From: Eledone cirrhosa | Lineage: Eukaryota | NCBI GenBank assembly: GCA_964016885.1 | Contig: OZ024743.1 | Location: 16,864,001 to 16,928,000 of the forward strand | Reading direction: 5' to 3' | Length of the DNA: 64,000 nt | In this document: positions 41,348-54,039 of the stretch, piece after piece | How the letters are laid out: each line of letters opens with the position of its first letter | Numbering within the stretch: position 1 is the stretch's first letter | Program-made: the position numbers and the translations under genes | Notes under the pieces: model-generated | Seen by the model: the letters and a program-made list of their open reading frames with translations, nothing else | The model's database searches: none | What the model was told of the DNA's origin: nothing

Positions 41348-41601
41348 CTGTATGTATATATATATATATACATACTACTGTGCGTCTGTACCCATATATG
41401 CATGTACGTATACATACCTATATTTAGGTATCCGCCGTACTAAGAGTGAGAAATGTAATTTCGTTTCATTCTTTTCCATTTATTGTTTTCGGTATACCCG
41501 GCCGACTAACTCACTCGATATGCAAATTAGGCTGCTCATCCGTTAATATGCATAATGAAAGCATATACTTTCAGATGTCCAATCATCTGAGAGAAAGGTA
41601 T

Positions 41602-41644
41602 ACGATGCTGACGATAGACAATAAGCTTGAAACTAGTACATCGT
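41602..41644 (+). ncRNA. Type I hammerhead ribozyme
   Basis: ACGATG CTGACGA TAGACAATAAGCTT GAAAC TA GTA CATCGT. Confidence 0.78.
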
Positions 41645-41842
41645 TCCTGTGTCAGTGTTGAACAAAAAGGGCGACAATGGTTGCCGAGCACTGTACGCCT
41701 TAATTCAGGCTGTTTGTTTACATGCAAACCGAACATTATAATAAACGTTTGGTAAACCCATACGTACACATATATATATGTGCATGTAAGTATATATATA
41801 CACGCTACTCTGCGCCTGTACACATATATGAATGTACGTATA

Positions 41843-41888
<46 letters not shown>

Positions 41889-41930
41889 TGTGTGTGCGTG
41901 TGTATATTTACATATATATATACATATATA

Positions 41931-42008
<78 letters not shown>

Positions 42009-42037
42009 CATATATATATATATTTACATATGAATAT

Positions 42038-42710
<673 letters not shown>

Positions 42711-42769
42711 ACAATATATAGTTATTTCATACACAAATGCAGACACGCATATATATATGTATATATATA

Positions 42770-43257
42770 TATATATATTGGTAAACGGAATAGAAAATGC
42801 TGACAAATTGTTCACAGTTGAAAAATGGTTTAATTAGGGATAAAAGAGTATTAGTGATTGTATGGGTTAGTATTCAGTTGTGGTTTTAAGTTTTTAAGTT
42901 TTTACCGGTTGCGCATTTCTAAATGCTTTTCAAAAATAATTTTGAGATAGAGTGTCCGTGCTGTTTGCTCTGATCTGATTAGTTTTGGGAATTCTACCTG
43001 TTTTTATGTTAAAAAAATGGCTCCAGCGTTATTTTTGTGTTGTAAAAATGCTTGTGGTCAAAACAATTTTGATTGGTCGGTAGAGGTCATGTGAATGTAA
43101 AAAGTTGATTTTGCGCCAAGACTGTTTTTATGTTAAAATGTTAGAAAAGTGGCTCCAGCAAAGATTATGGTCAAAACAATTTTGATTGGTCGGTAGAGGT
43201 CATGTGGATAAAAAATTGGTTTTGCGCCAAGATTGAGAAATGACTCTTTCACAACAG

Positions 43258-43311
<54 letters not shown>

Positions 43312-43380
43312 TAGTAGTAGTAAGGTATTCGATGCTGCGACAATAGCCACCAGCGGTGTGTGTCAAATGGCTATTAAGAT

Positions 43381-43416
<36 letters not shown>

Positions 43417-43482
43417 ACATACACACAGCAGAGTCATTCGAAGGTCAAAAGATATTTTTCAGCTTTTGTCTTATACGGAGAA

Positions 43483-43519
<37 letters not shown>

Positions 43520-43735
43520 AGTCTCTTTGTATGTTGATGTACGCGTGTGTATGTGTCTGTGTATATATGTGTGTGTGTGTGTGTGTGCGTGTGTGGGTGG
43601 ACCAGTATTTTTTTCCCCCCCTGGTAAAATGGTGTACATTATTCGATTTTTTCAGTAAAATCGGTTCTCTTAATAGAACATCAACAATCTTAACAATAAA
43701 GGGTGTGAAATGATATTCACTATATACACATATAT

Positions 43736-43773
<38 letters not shown>

Positions 43774-45612
43774 TTTCACTACATACATATATACATATAT
43801 ATACATATATACATACATATATATGCACATATATTTTTTTGTATTGCACCATAGAGCATGTGTGTTTACGTGTGTCATTGTGTTTATATGTGGGTAGAGA
43901 TGTGTGCTGATGTAGGTATGTATGTTGACGTGTGTATGTTGTGGGTTCGTCTTAGGGAGAAGTGTTTAGACGGGGTCCGTATTTGTTAATGAAGTAAGAT
44001 TCCTTGCTGATGCGCTGGGTGTGGGTGGCATTATCTTTAAATTTGTAGAGGGGAAAGATTCTGAAGTTGGGATGATTTTGGGCGGCGCAGGTATCAATGT
44101 GTTCACTCAGTGGTATTTTCCTGTATTCCCGTATTTTAATTTGGGATCTATGGACAGTCATGCGTTGGCGGAGGCTGTTTTTGGTCTGGCCTATGTATTG
44201 TTCTCGACAACCTGAACAAGTTAATACATATATTAAATTTTCCGATGCACATGTGAAATTGTGTTTTACTATAAAACGTTGTCCATCTTTGAAATAGAAT
44301 TCCGAACCCTCTATTAGGTTGATGCAAATGCCACAGTTGGGTCTATCGCATTTTTTTACTGTGGGTTTCGTTGTTGTGGTTGGCAGTACTTTGGCATGTG
44401 TTAAGATGTTTTTCATTGACTTGGATTGTCTTTTGCTTTTTATGATATCGTGTGTTCGTAGAATTTGGTTCATTCTATGGTCCTTTTTCAATACAGGGAT
44501 GTTCTGGAGGATGGTGTCAAAGGCCTCGTTGTTGAGGGGGTTGTGTGTGGAGATGTATGGAAGAGCTTTTAGTTTTGGTTGATTTACTTTAGGGTGTCTA
44601 AGGTCCTGGGTACTGAGTTTTAGGGCACGTTGGATTCCATTGTCAATTAGTGATGCAGGGTAGTCCCTGCCTATGAGTGTGTCCTTTAGTTCTTGTAGCC
44701 GTAAGTAGCAGATGTTTTTATTGGAGACTATAGTACAGATTCTCTTGGCTAAGTTGTAGGGAATATTAATTTTAACGTGTCTAGGGTGGCAAGAGTTGAA
44801 GGGGAGGTATTGCTTGGAGTCTGTGGGCTTGTAGTATATGTCTGTTTCTATTTTTTTGTTATGGATCTTAATGAGGATGTCGAGGAAGGGGAGTTGTTGA
44901 TGGCTGTATTCCATTGTGAAGTTAATATTTGTGTTGAGCCCATTTATAAGGGTGTGAAATTCTTTAAGTTTTTCGATGTTTTCGTGCCAAAGGATGAAGC
45001 AGTCATCAAGATATCGCTTCCAGTTCCTTTCAATGTGTAAGTGGAGGGTGTTTCCAAATTTGTTTAGGACTTTAGTGTAGAGGGTGATTTCCAGGTATCC
45101 CATGACTAGGTTGGCATACGTAGGGGCTGTTTTCGTTCCCATAGCGGTCCCAGATTTCTGCCTGTAGGGTTTGTTATTGAAAACGAAGTAATTGTTCTCC
45201 AAGATAAATTTGAGTCCCTCTATCACGAATTCTTTTTTGATGCGTTGTGGGAGTTCATTGTGGAAGTTATCCAGCCAGAATTGGATAGCTTCTATTCCTA
45301 GGTTGTGGGGGATGTTGGAGTATAGGTTGACTACATCGAACGTCACTAGTAGGGTTTGTTCAGAAAGTGGCATATTAGGGAGGTGATTGAGCATATCTAG
45401 GTCGTCCCTTATATAGCTTTTGATGTGCTTGAGGAAGGGTTTGAGAAGGGTATCAATGAAGTTGCTAAGACGGTGCGTTTCGCAAGCGGGGCCTGCTATT
45501 ATAGGTCTTAATTTGAGATCATTGGGTGAGGGGACATTGATGACTATGTCTGTGGCTTCCTTGCATGCCTTACTGATTGATTCGCTTTTATGTACTTTAT
45601 GTACTTTAGGGA
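42770..45612 (-). mobile_element. Neptune-type PLE, inverted (left) arm of palindrome 2
   Basis: Reverse complement of 45980-48819. ORF 43952-45394 translates identically to the matching part of the + arm. Confidence 0.95.
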
Positions 45613-47631
45613 ATCCTGGACGAATTCTGTGAACACATCACAAACTTCCCTTACCAACACTTGCACAGACAAAAACACAAGCCAAACCTCAACAAGAAAG
45701 AATGGGAAGAATTAAATAGATTAAAAACCGACAGAACCATTACAATTAAAGAGGCTGATAAAGGGAGTACAGTAGTCCTAATGGAGACAGAATTCTATAT
45801 CAACTTAGCGCTCTCCACTTTGGAAAACGAAACATACTACGAAAAGGCTGAACACTACAATCAACAGAAAATTATGAGAAACCTAAAAACTCTAATCAAC
45901 CAATACAAAGAAGGACTCACTAACAAGGAATTCAGCTTCATCACAGACTTCACAAGTAAATCCAGCCTTTTCTACGGTATCCCTAAAGTACATAAAAGCG
46001 AATCAATCAGTAAGGCATGCAAGGAAGCCACAGACATAGTCATCAATGTCCCCTCACCCAATGATCTCAAATTAAGACCTATAATAGCAGGCCCCGCTTG
46101 CGAAACGCACCGTCTTAGCAACTTCATTGATACCCTTCTCAAACCCTTCCTCAAGCACATCAAAAGCTATATAAGGGACGACCTAGATATGCTCAATCAC
46201 CTCCCTAATATGCCACTTTCTGAACAAACCCTACTAGTGACGTTCGATGTAGTCAACCTATACTCCAACATCCCCCACAACCTAGGAATAGAAGCTATCC
46301 AATTCTGGCTGGATAACTTCCACAATGAACTCCCACAACGCATCAAAAAAGAATTCGTGATAGAGGGACTCAAATTTATCTTGGAGAACAATTACTTCGT
46401 TTTCAATAACAAACCCTACAGGCAGAAATCTGGGACCGCTATGGGAACGAAAACAGCCCCTACGTATGCCAACCTAGTCATGGGATACCTGGAAATCACC
46501 CTCTACACTAAAGTCCTAAACAAATTTGGAAACACCCTCCACTTACACATTGAAAGGAACTGGAAGCGATATCTTGATGACTGCTTCATCCTTTGGCACG
46601 AAAACATCGAAAAACTTAAAGAATTTCACACCCTTATAAATGGGCTCAACACAAATATTAACTTCACAATGGAATACAGCCATCAACAACTCCCCTTCCT
46701 CGACATCCTCATTAAGATCCATAACAAAAAAATAGAAACAGACATATACTACAAGCCCACAGACTCCAAGCAATACCTCCCCTTCAACTCTTGCCACCCT
46801 AGACACGTTAAAATTAATATTCCCTACAACTTAGCCAAGAGAATCTGTACTATAGTCTCCAATAAAAACATCTGCTACTTACGGCTACAAGAACTAAAGG
46901 ACACACTCATAGGCAGGGACTACCCTGCATCACTAATTGACAATGGAATCCAACGTGCCCTAAAACTCAGTACCCAGGACCTTAGACACCCTAAAGTAAA
47001 TCAACCAAAACTAAAAGCTCTTCCATACATCTCCACACACAACCCCCTCAACAACGAGGCCTTTGACACCATCCTCCAGAACATCCCTGTATTGAAAAAG
47101 GACCATAGAATGAACCAAATTCTACGAACACACGATATCATAAAAAGCAAAAGACAATCCAAGTCAATGAAAAACATCTTAACACATGCCAAAGTACTGC
47201 CAACCACAACAACGAAACCCACAGTAAAAAAATGCGATAGACCCAACTGTGGCATTTGCATCAACCTAATAGAGGGTTCGGAATTCTATTTCAAAGATGG
47301 ACAACGTTTTATAGTAAAACACAATTTCACATGTGCATCGGAAAATTTAATATATGTATTAACTTGTTCAGGTTGTCGAGAACAATACATAGGCCAGACC
47401 AAAAACAGCCTCCGCCAACGCATGACTGTCCATAGATCCCAAATTAAAATACGGGAATACAGGAAAATACCACTGAGTGAACACATTGATACCTGCGCCG
47501 CCCAAAATCATCCCAACTTCAGAATCTTTCCCCTCTACAAATTTAAAGATAATGCCACCCACACCCAGCGCATCAGCAAGGAATCTTACTTCATTAACAA
47601 ATACGGACCCCGTCTAAACACTTCTCCCTAA
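45613..47631 (+). CDS. PLE reverse transcriptase + GIY-YIG endonuclease (N-terminally truncated, otherwise open)
   Basis: ADKG, LRPII, FDVVNLY, GTAMGT..AP.YA, RYLDD, FLD, linker C..PNCGIC, LIY..CSGC..YIGQT..R...H. The frame is open from the inversion junction at 45613. Confidence 0.92.
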   Translation: MLDEFCEHITNFPYQHLHRQKHKPNLNKKEWEELNRLKTDRTITIKEADKGSTVVLMETEFYINLALSTLENETYYEKAEHYNQQKIMRNLKTLINQYKEGLTNKEFSFITDFTSKSSLFYGIPKVHKSESISKACKEATDIVINVPSPNDLKLRPIIAGPACETHRLSNFIDTLLKPFLKHIKSYIRDDLDMLNHLPNMPLSEQTLLVTFDVVNLYSNIPHNLGIEAIQFWLDNFHNELPQRIKKEFVIEGLKFILENNYFVFNNKPYRQKSGTAMGTKTAPTYANLVMGYLEITLYTKVLNKFGNTLHLHIERNWKRYLDDCFILWHENIEKLKEFHTLINGLNTNINFTMEYSHQQLPFLDILIKIHNKKIETDIYYKPTDSKQYLPFNSCHPRHVKINIPYNLAKRICTIVSNKNICYLRLQELKDTLIGRDYPASLIDNGIQRALKLSTQDLRHPKVNQPKLKALPYISTHNPLNNEAFDTILQNIPVLKKDHRMNQILRTHDIIKSKRQSKSMKNILTHAKVLPTTTTKPTVKKCDRPNCGICINLIEGSEFYFKDGQRFIVKHNFTCASENLIYVLTCSGCREQYIGQTKNSLRQRMTVHRSQIKIREYRKIPLSEHIDTCAAQNHPNFRIFPLYKFKDNATHTQRISKESYFINKYGPRLNTSP

Positions 47632-47809
47632 GACGAACCCACAACATACACACGTCAACATACATACCTACATCAGCACACATCTCTACCCACATATAAA
47701 CACAATGACACACGTAAACACACATGCTCTATGGTGCAATACAAAAAAATATATGTGCATATATATGTATGTATATATGTATATATATGTATATATGTAT
47801 GTAGTGAAA

Positions 47810-47847
<38 letters not shown>

Positions 47848-48063
47848 ATATATGTGTATATAGTGAATATCATTTCACACCCTTTATTGTTAAGATTGTT
47901 GATGTTCTATTAAGAGAACCGATTTTACTGAAAAAATCGAATAATGTACACCATTTTACCAGGGGGGGAAAAAAATACTGGTCCACCCACACACGCACAC
48001 ACACACACACACACATATATACACAGACACATACACACGCGTACATCAACATACAAAGAGACT

Positions 48064-48100
<37 letters not shown>

Positions 48101-48166
48101 TTCTCCGTATAAGACAAAAGCTGAAAAATATCTTTTGACCTTCGAATGACTCTGCTGTGTGTATGT

Positions 48167-48202
<36 letters not shown>

Positions 48203-48271
48203 ATCTTAATAGCCATTTGACACACACCGCTGGTGGCTATTGTCGCAGCATCGAATACCTTACTACTACTA

Positions 48272-48331
<60 letters not shown>

Positions 48332-48356
48332 CTGTTGTGAAAGAGTCATTTCTCAA

Positions 48357-48591
48357 TCTTGGCGCAAAACCAATTTTTTATCCACATGACCTCTACCGAC
48401 CAATCAAAATTGTTTTGACCATAATCTTTGCTGGAGCCACTTTTCTAACATTTTAACATAAAAACAGTCTTGGCGCAAAATCAACTTTTTACATTCACAT
48501 GACCTCTACCGACCAATCAAAATTGTTTTGACCACAAGCATTTTTACAACACAAAAATAACGCTGGAGCCATTTTTTTAACATAAAAACAG
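48357..48591 (+). repeat. ~111-bp imperfect tandem duplication in the Neptune 3' UTR (mirrored in the left arm)
   Basis: TCTTGGCGCAAAA...CACATGACCTCTACCGACCAATCAAAATTGTTTTGACC at 48357 and 48468. Confidence 0.85.
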
Positions 48592-48846
48592 GTAGAATTC
48601 CCAAAACTAATCAGATCAGAGCAAACAGCACGGACACTCTATCTCAAAATTATTTTTGAAAAGCATTTAGAAATGCGCAACCGGTAAAAACTTAAAAACT
48701 TAAAACCACAACTGAATACTAACCCATACAATCACTAATACTCTTTTATCCCTAATTAAACCATTTTTCAACTGTGAACAATTTGTCAGCATTTTCTATT
48801 CCGTTTACCAATATATAATAACTTGTGTGTTACACCTCTATTCTTT

Positions 48847-48961
<115 letters not shown>

Positions 48962-49050
48962 GTATATATATATGTACATGTATATATATGTACATGTACA
49001 TGTATATATACATGTACATATATATATATATGTATGTATATATATATGTA

Positions 49051-49084
<34 letters not shown>

Positions 49085-49400
49085 CAGATGTGCACTCATC
49101 TGGCAGGAATGCATACTTTGCTGACGATAGCTAATAAGCTTGAAACTAGTACATCGTTCCGTCGTCAGGGTTGCTAGACACTGTACGGCTTAATTTGGGA
49201 TGTTTGTTTACAAACACACTGGGCATTATAATAAATGTTCGGTGAATCCATAAGTACATATATATATATATGTGTGCATGTATGTATATATATAAATACT
49301 ACTGTACGTCTGTATACATATATTTATGTACGTATACATACTTACATTTAAGTAACAGCCGTACTACGAGTGAGAAATGAAATTGCGTTTCATTTTTTCT

Positions 49401-49404
<4 letters not shown>
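49085..49404 (+). repeat. Additional diverged copy of the hammerhead repeat (HHR at 49115-49157, helix I eroded)
   Basis: ACTTTG CTGACGA TAGCTAATAAGCTT GAAAC TA GTA CATCGT, followed by the monomer body; ends at the same point as the minus-sense copies before (TA)n. Confidence 0.8.
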
Positions 49405-49461
<57 letters not shown>

Positions 49462-49498
49462 AGTCTGTTTTTGTGTATGAATTGTATCGTATAATATA

Positions 49499-51582
49499 TT
49501 TCGTTCTACTAATTTATTTACATTATTCTTTACTCTGAAGCCGAGGTTTATTCGGTTTCCTCTACCGATACTGCCAATTCAACGCCCCTTGAAATGATTA
49601 TTAATAAGGGAGAGAGTAATCTTAGCTAATGTTGTGGCGATCACAATATTATATCGTGGGTTATACCACATAATGCGTCAGAATCTGATTTTCCTTGTTC
49701 AGTGCTCATTCATTGTATATGCTATCTCATCGACAAATCCACTCCGAACAAGAGCTTCATTAATATGTGGAATGGTCGGTGAAAATATGCTCGTTTGTAG
49801 ATAGACGGGAAAGTCTCACAGAAACATTTCTCACCAGGTTCTTGGTTATGCTGGCAGGATGTTTAGAATGTTCACTTATGTAAATAAGCTTATCGTTCGG
49901 CTTTCTATGCGGGTAGTGCAAACCATTCGACAAATTGACGGTAACGTCGTGGTAATTAACAACCGAGAGGTTGACCTCAACCTGTATGGAAAGGTTGAAG
50001 CCTTTAAAGAAGGCTGTGAGTTATTTTCTGAACCTGTCGCAAACGCGTGGACCGCACTGTGTCATGGTCAACAGACCCTCATCGCGGGACAAACCACCGC
50101 CCACATAGGGGAATTCTTCCTTGTTAAAGAAAAGAAGTAAAAGGCCGATAAGATCTGAAACCTCGGCCGAATCCCTGGCGCCCATACTCACGTCGAATGG
50201 GGTACTATTAGATTATTATTATCCTAATAGAGTCGTCTAAATTAATCAACGACTTACGGGCATTAAGGATAACATCAACTTTGCAGTCCACAACCACCGT
50301 GAGCATTTAGCGAAATCGATAGCTCTAAGAAGAAGGTGTAAAGTGATGGAGGAGTAATAGTTATTGATGTCGAATTGGATAAAACGGCAATGTTCCTTGG
50401 TGTATATGCCATTGAACCAATCAATCACCGCGAAAGAATTATTCTACAGTGCAAGGGGAAACAAGTTTCTAATTTCAGGTTCATCCTATCTAAAATCCTT
50501 TTACTAAGTTTACCTAAATCAGACTTCGTAGGGTTAATTAGCCGAATAGAAGGGTTGTTGGCGAAATTGGATTTGTGATTCTTCAGGGTAAAGTGGGGAG
50601 AAATAGGGTCCAGAGATTCAAACAGGTCCTGGATGTTGAGTTCAGAAGTGATTTTAATCCCAGCATCGTTGATTTCATTAATGACACTCCCATTGGTTTT
50701 CCGGTAATCCTTAGTTACAGCATTATGTTGCATTTGATGGTAAGTATTGCGCTCCACTTAATATAGATTGCCAGTTTTGTCGATGTGGACGTGCACGGCA
50801 TTACAATCCTTAATAGAACGAAATCTATTCTTCAGGTCCCGCTGGAAGGAATTGCTCCTATTCCGAAATGTGATACTTTGTATGAGTTCCAATACACCGT
50901 TTTCGAAGGGTAGTAATGCTGGGTTACTCGGAGGGTCTATTATAGGTTTTAAACACAAATTTATCTTGTTTATTGTCCACTTTTTCCTAGTTATCGAGAT
51001 AAAATGCACGCCAACGTAACCTTTTAAGTAACGAATCCGTTTTCTGTATCAGACGTTTTAGGGACGTCTTCCTGCTTTGTACGGGTATGTTCTTTTTAGA
51101 AATATTCAGGTGTTGTTTCTGCATGAGGAATATAAATCAATAGAGTGCTCAACCGAGGGAGCCAAATCGTAATATTAATAAATGTGAAGACTAAAATACA
51201 AAGCGGGCTCGATAAGGATAAATATATATCAAATATTTATTAAAATAACAGATTAAAGTTTAAGCAAAGAATCGCTGCATTCACCATAAGCGGTATCAAC
51301 AAAAAAAAATTCAATCTGTGATCGTAGAACCACATATTTCGAAAAAGGTTGCAACCGAAGTAAAACAGGAAGACGATAATTTGGTTCGATAATTTGGTTC
51401 CCTGGCAGTGATCGTACCAAAGCGAAGATAATACGTTATGTGGGGCGGTGAGAAAAACTACACGCAAAGACAAAACCACGTTTAAGGCATAAAGGAAGTC
51501 GTAGACTAATATTCTATTTAGGAAACCGAATAAACCTCGGCTTCAGAGTAAAGAATAATGTAAATAAATTAGTAGAACGAAA
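49499..51582 (-). mobile_element. Decayed Naiad-type PLE lacking the endonuclease, bounded by a 63-bp inverted repeat
   Basis: From ATG ~51124: KKNIP..LIQK..LKRLRWRA, DKTGNLY, LKNHK.NF..RLINPTKSDLGKLSK, FIQFDI, FDVSMGA.DSAEVSDLIG, WYNP. IR at 49499-49561 / 51520-51582. Confidence 0.85.
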
Positions 51583-51894
51583 ATGACATAGGTTATTAAA
51601 ATCAATAATAATTAAATATATACATACACGCATCTATATATGTACATACACGTGCTTACGCGGAAATACCCGCTATGCATTCATAAATGTGCACGTACAC
51701 ATAAACACGCGCACACATATATAAACTCGCATGACACATACGAACATATGCACCAAATACACAATATATATGTGTGTGTGTGTGTATAATATAATTGTAT
51801 AAACGTATATAAATATACACACATGAATACATATAAAGCGCTCGCACACACATACTTACTGAAAAGAAAATGTTTTTCTTACACACACACTCAC

Positions 51895-51946
<52 letters not shown>

Positions 51947-51949
51947 ATG

Positions 51950-51980
<31 letters not shown>

Positions 51981-52348
51981 TGGTGTGCTTATTTGTACAA
52001 TGTTTTTGTATGTTATATTCTCAGTTTTTAAAAAATATCTCATATTATTTCAGAGTGTTTGTCTAATTACCATTTTGTTAGTGTTATGATAGGAATTTTT
52101 TTTAAATGCCGTTGTTTTTCACGTTTCTATATGTAATGATAACACATATATAGACGCTCGATGCACATAAATCATCCACATTCTCGCAAATATACACTCA
52201 AATGCAAATTAAATAATAATCGAATAACGGAAGCTATACGTTCATATACAAACTTCATACACAACTATCAACACATTTTTGTACACTTATATTCCCTTAA
52301 ACCAGAGTGTATTTTGTACATGTACATACATTATATATATATATATGT

Positions 52349-52418
<70 letters not shown>

Positions 52419-52603
52419 ATATATAAGTATATATAAAAGAATTAGTATTAACTTCAAGCATAGCTGTATACAGATATATATAGAAATTAACTATTTCTAA
52501 AGAAGCACGGTAAGTTTAGAGGTATACATTTAGAAAGCCGTAGCTATACAAATACACCGGGTGTAACGTCTTTTGGCGGTGTCCAGCAAAGGCAAGGGGT
52601 ATA

Positions 52604-52647
52604 ATCGTCGGTGCATTTCGGACTTAACTGGTCCTCATAAGGACGAT
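52604..52647 (-). ncRNA. Degenerate hammerhead ribozyme of a second, unrelated family
   Basis: Sense: ATCGTC CTTATGA GGAC-CAGTTAA-GTCC GAAA T-GC-A CC GACGAT. 6-bp helix I and 4-bp stem II, but two core substitutions. Confidence 0.55.
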
Positions 52648-52743
52648 CCCTCCCACACTTGCGCCTGAAAACACTTGGATAAAAAACAGACGAGAATATC
52701 TAATTTTCTCGTCTGCGTACAAGAGTTGATTAATCTCATTTGC

Positions 52744-52799
<56 letters not shown>

Positions 52800-52802
52800 T
52801 AT

Positions 52803-52862
<60 letters not shown>

Positions 52863-53034
52863 CGAAGGAAATGTGGTAGAGAACCAGATGGACCATAACG
52901 CACCAAAGTACCCAATACTTAGGGTAGTAGAGTGGGTAATAGGAACGAGTATACTTATATATAATCAATGATATAAAATAAATGGAAACTATATTTTTAT
53001 AAAACTATATTCATGTTATTATATATATTTCAAT

Positions 53035-53222
53035 GGCGGTAGTATTGGTAGTATCGCTAGAGGGTCGGACGCCATGCTTTCCAGCATAGTTACGTCCTTT
53101 TACGATCTGAGTTCAAATCCCGCCGAGGTAGACTTTGCCTTTCATCCTTACGGGGTCGATAAAATAAAGTACCGGTAATGCACTGGGTAATTGCTGGCCT
53201 TGTGCCTAAAGTAGAAACAATT
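53035..53222 (+). mobile_element. tRNA-derived SINE with Meta/MESC-like central domain
   Basis: A-box-like GGCGGTAGTATTGG, B box GAGTTCAAATCCC, then GACTTTGCCTTTCATCCTTACGGGGTCGATAAAATAAAGTACC. Confidence 0.75.
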
Positions 53223-53335
53223 ATATATATTTCAAGGGCAACCAAGTTATAATCATTTATGTTTGTCGGACTTCCAACAATTTAAATACAACTTCTATAT
53301 ATATATATACTTATATATATATATATATATGTATA

Positions 53336-53372
<37 letters not shown>

Positions 53373-53424
53373 ACTTATATATATATATATATGTATATGT
53401 ATATACACACATATATATATATAT

Positions 53425-53488
<64 letters not shown>

Positions 53489-53798
53489 AGATACATATAT
53501 ATATATTTACATGGTGGCTGCCAACTCGTTTTCGAGTACGGCCACTACTTTATATCCATGTAGGAGAACCCCTACCGATGCGCTGAATGAGTGTGACATT
53601 TTAGTCCAGCAGGCGACTTGAAAACACTTGTGACAAATATTGACACATTGTGCTGGGCCCATGGTACCATGTGACGACAAGTGCAAAGAGATCTCCAGAT
53701 ATAAAGCAATGCCTGTGCCGTGAAGCTTTTATAGTGAGCAAAGGCACTGCCAAAAACCAGTTCCAATTTCTTAACCAAGATATTTACCAAAAAGAAGA

Positions 53799-53998
53799 NN
53801 NNNNNNNNNNNNNNNNNNNNNNNNNNNNNNNNNNNNNNNNNNNNNNNNNNNNNNNNNNNNNNNNNNNNNNNNNNNNNNNNNNNNNNNNNNNNNNNNNNNN
53901 NNNNNNNNNNNNNNNNNNNNNNNNNNNNNNNNNNNNNNNNNNNNNNNNNNNNNNNNNNNNNNNNNNNNNNNNNNNNNNNNNNNNNNNNNNNNNNNNNN
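53799..53998. other. Assembly gap (200 N)
   Basis: Run of N. Confidence 1.
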
Positions 53999-54039
53999 AT
54001 ATATTCTATCTCTCTCCTCTACTACTGCACTCATATATA

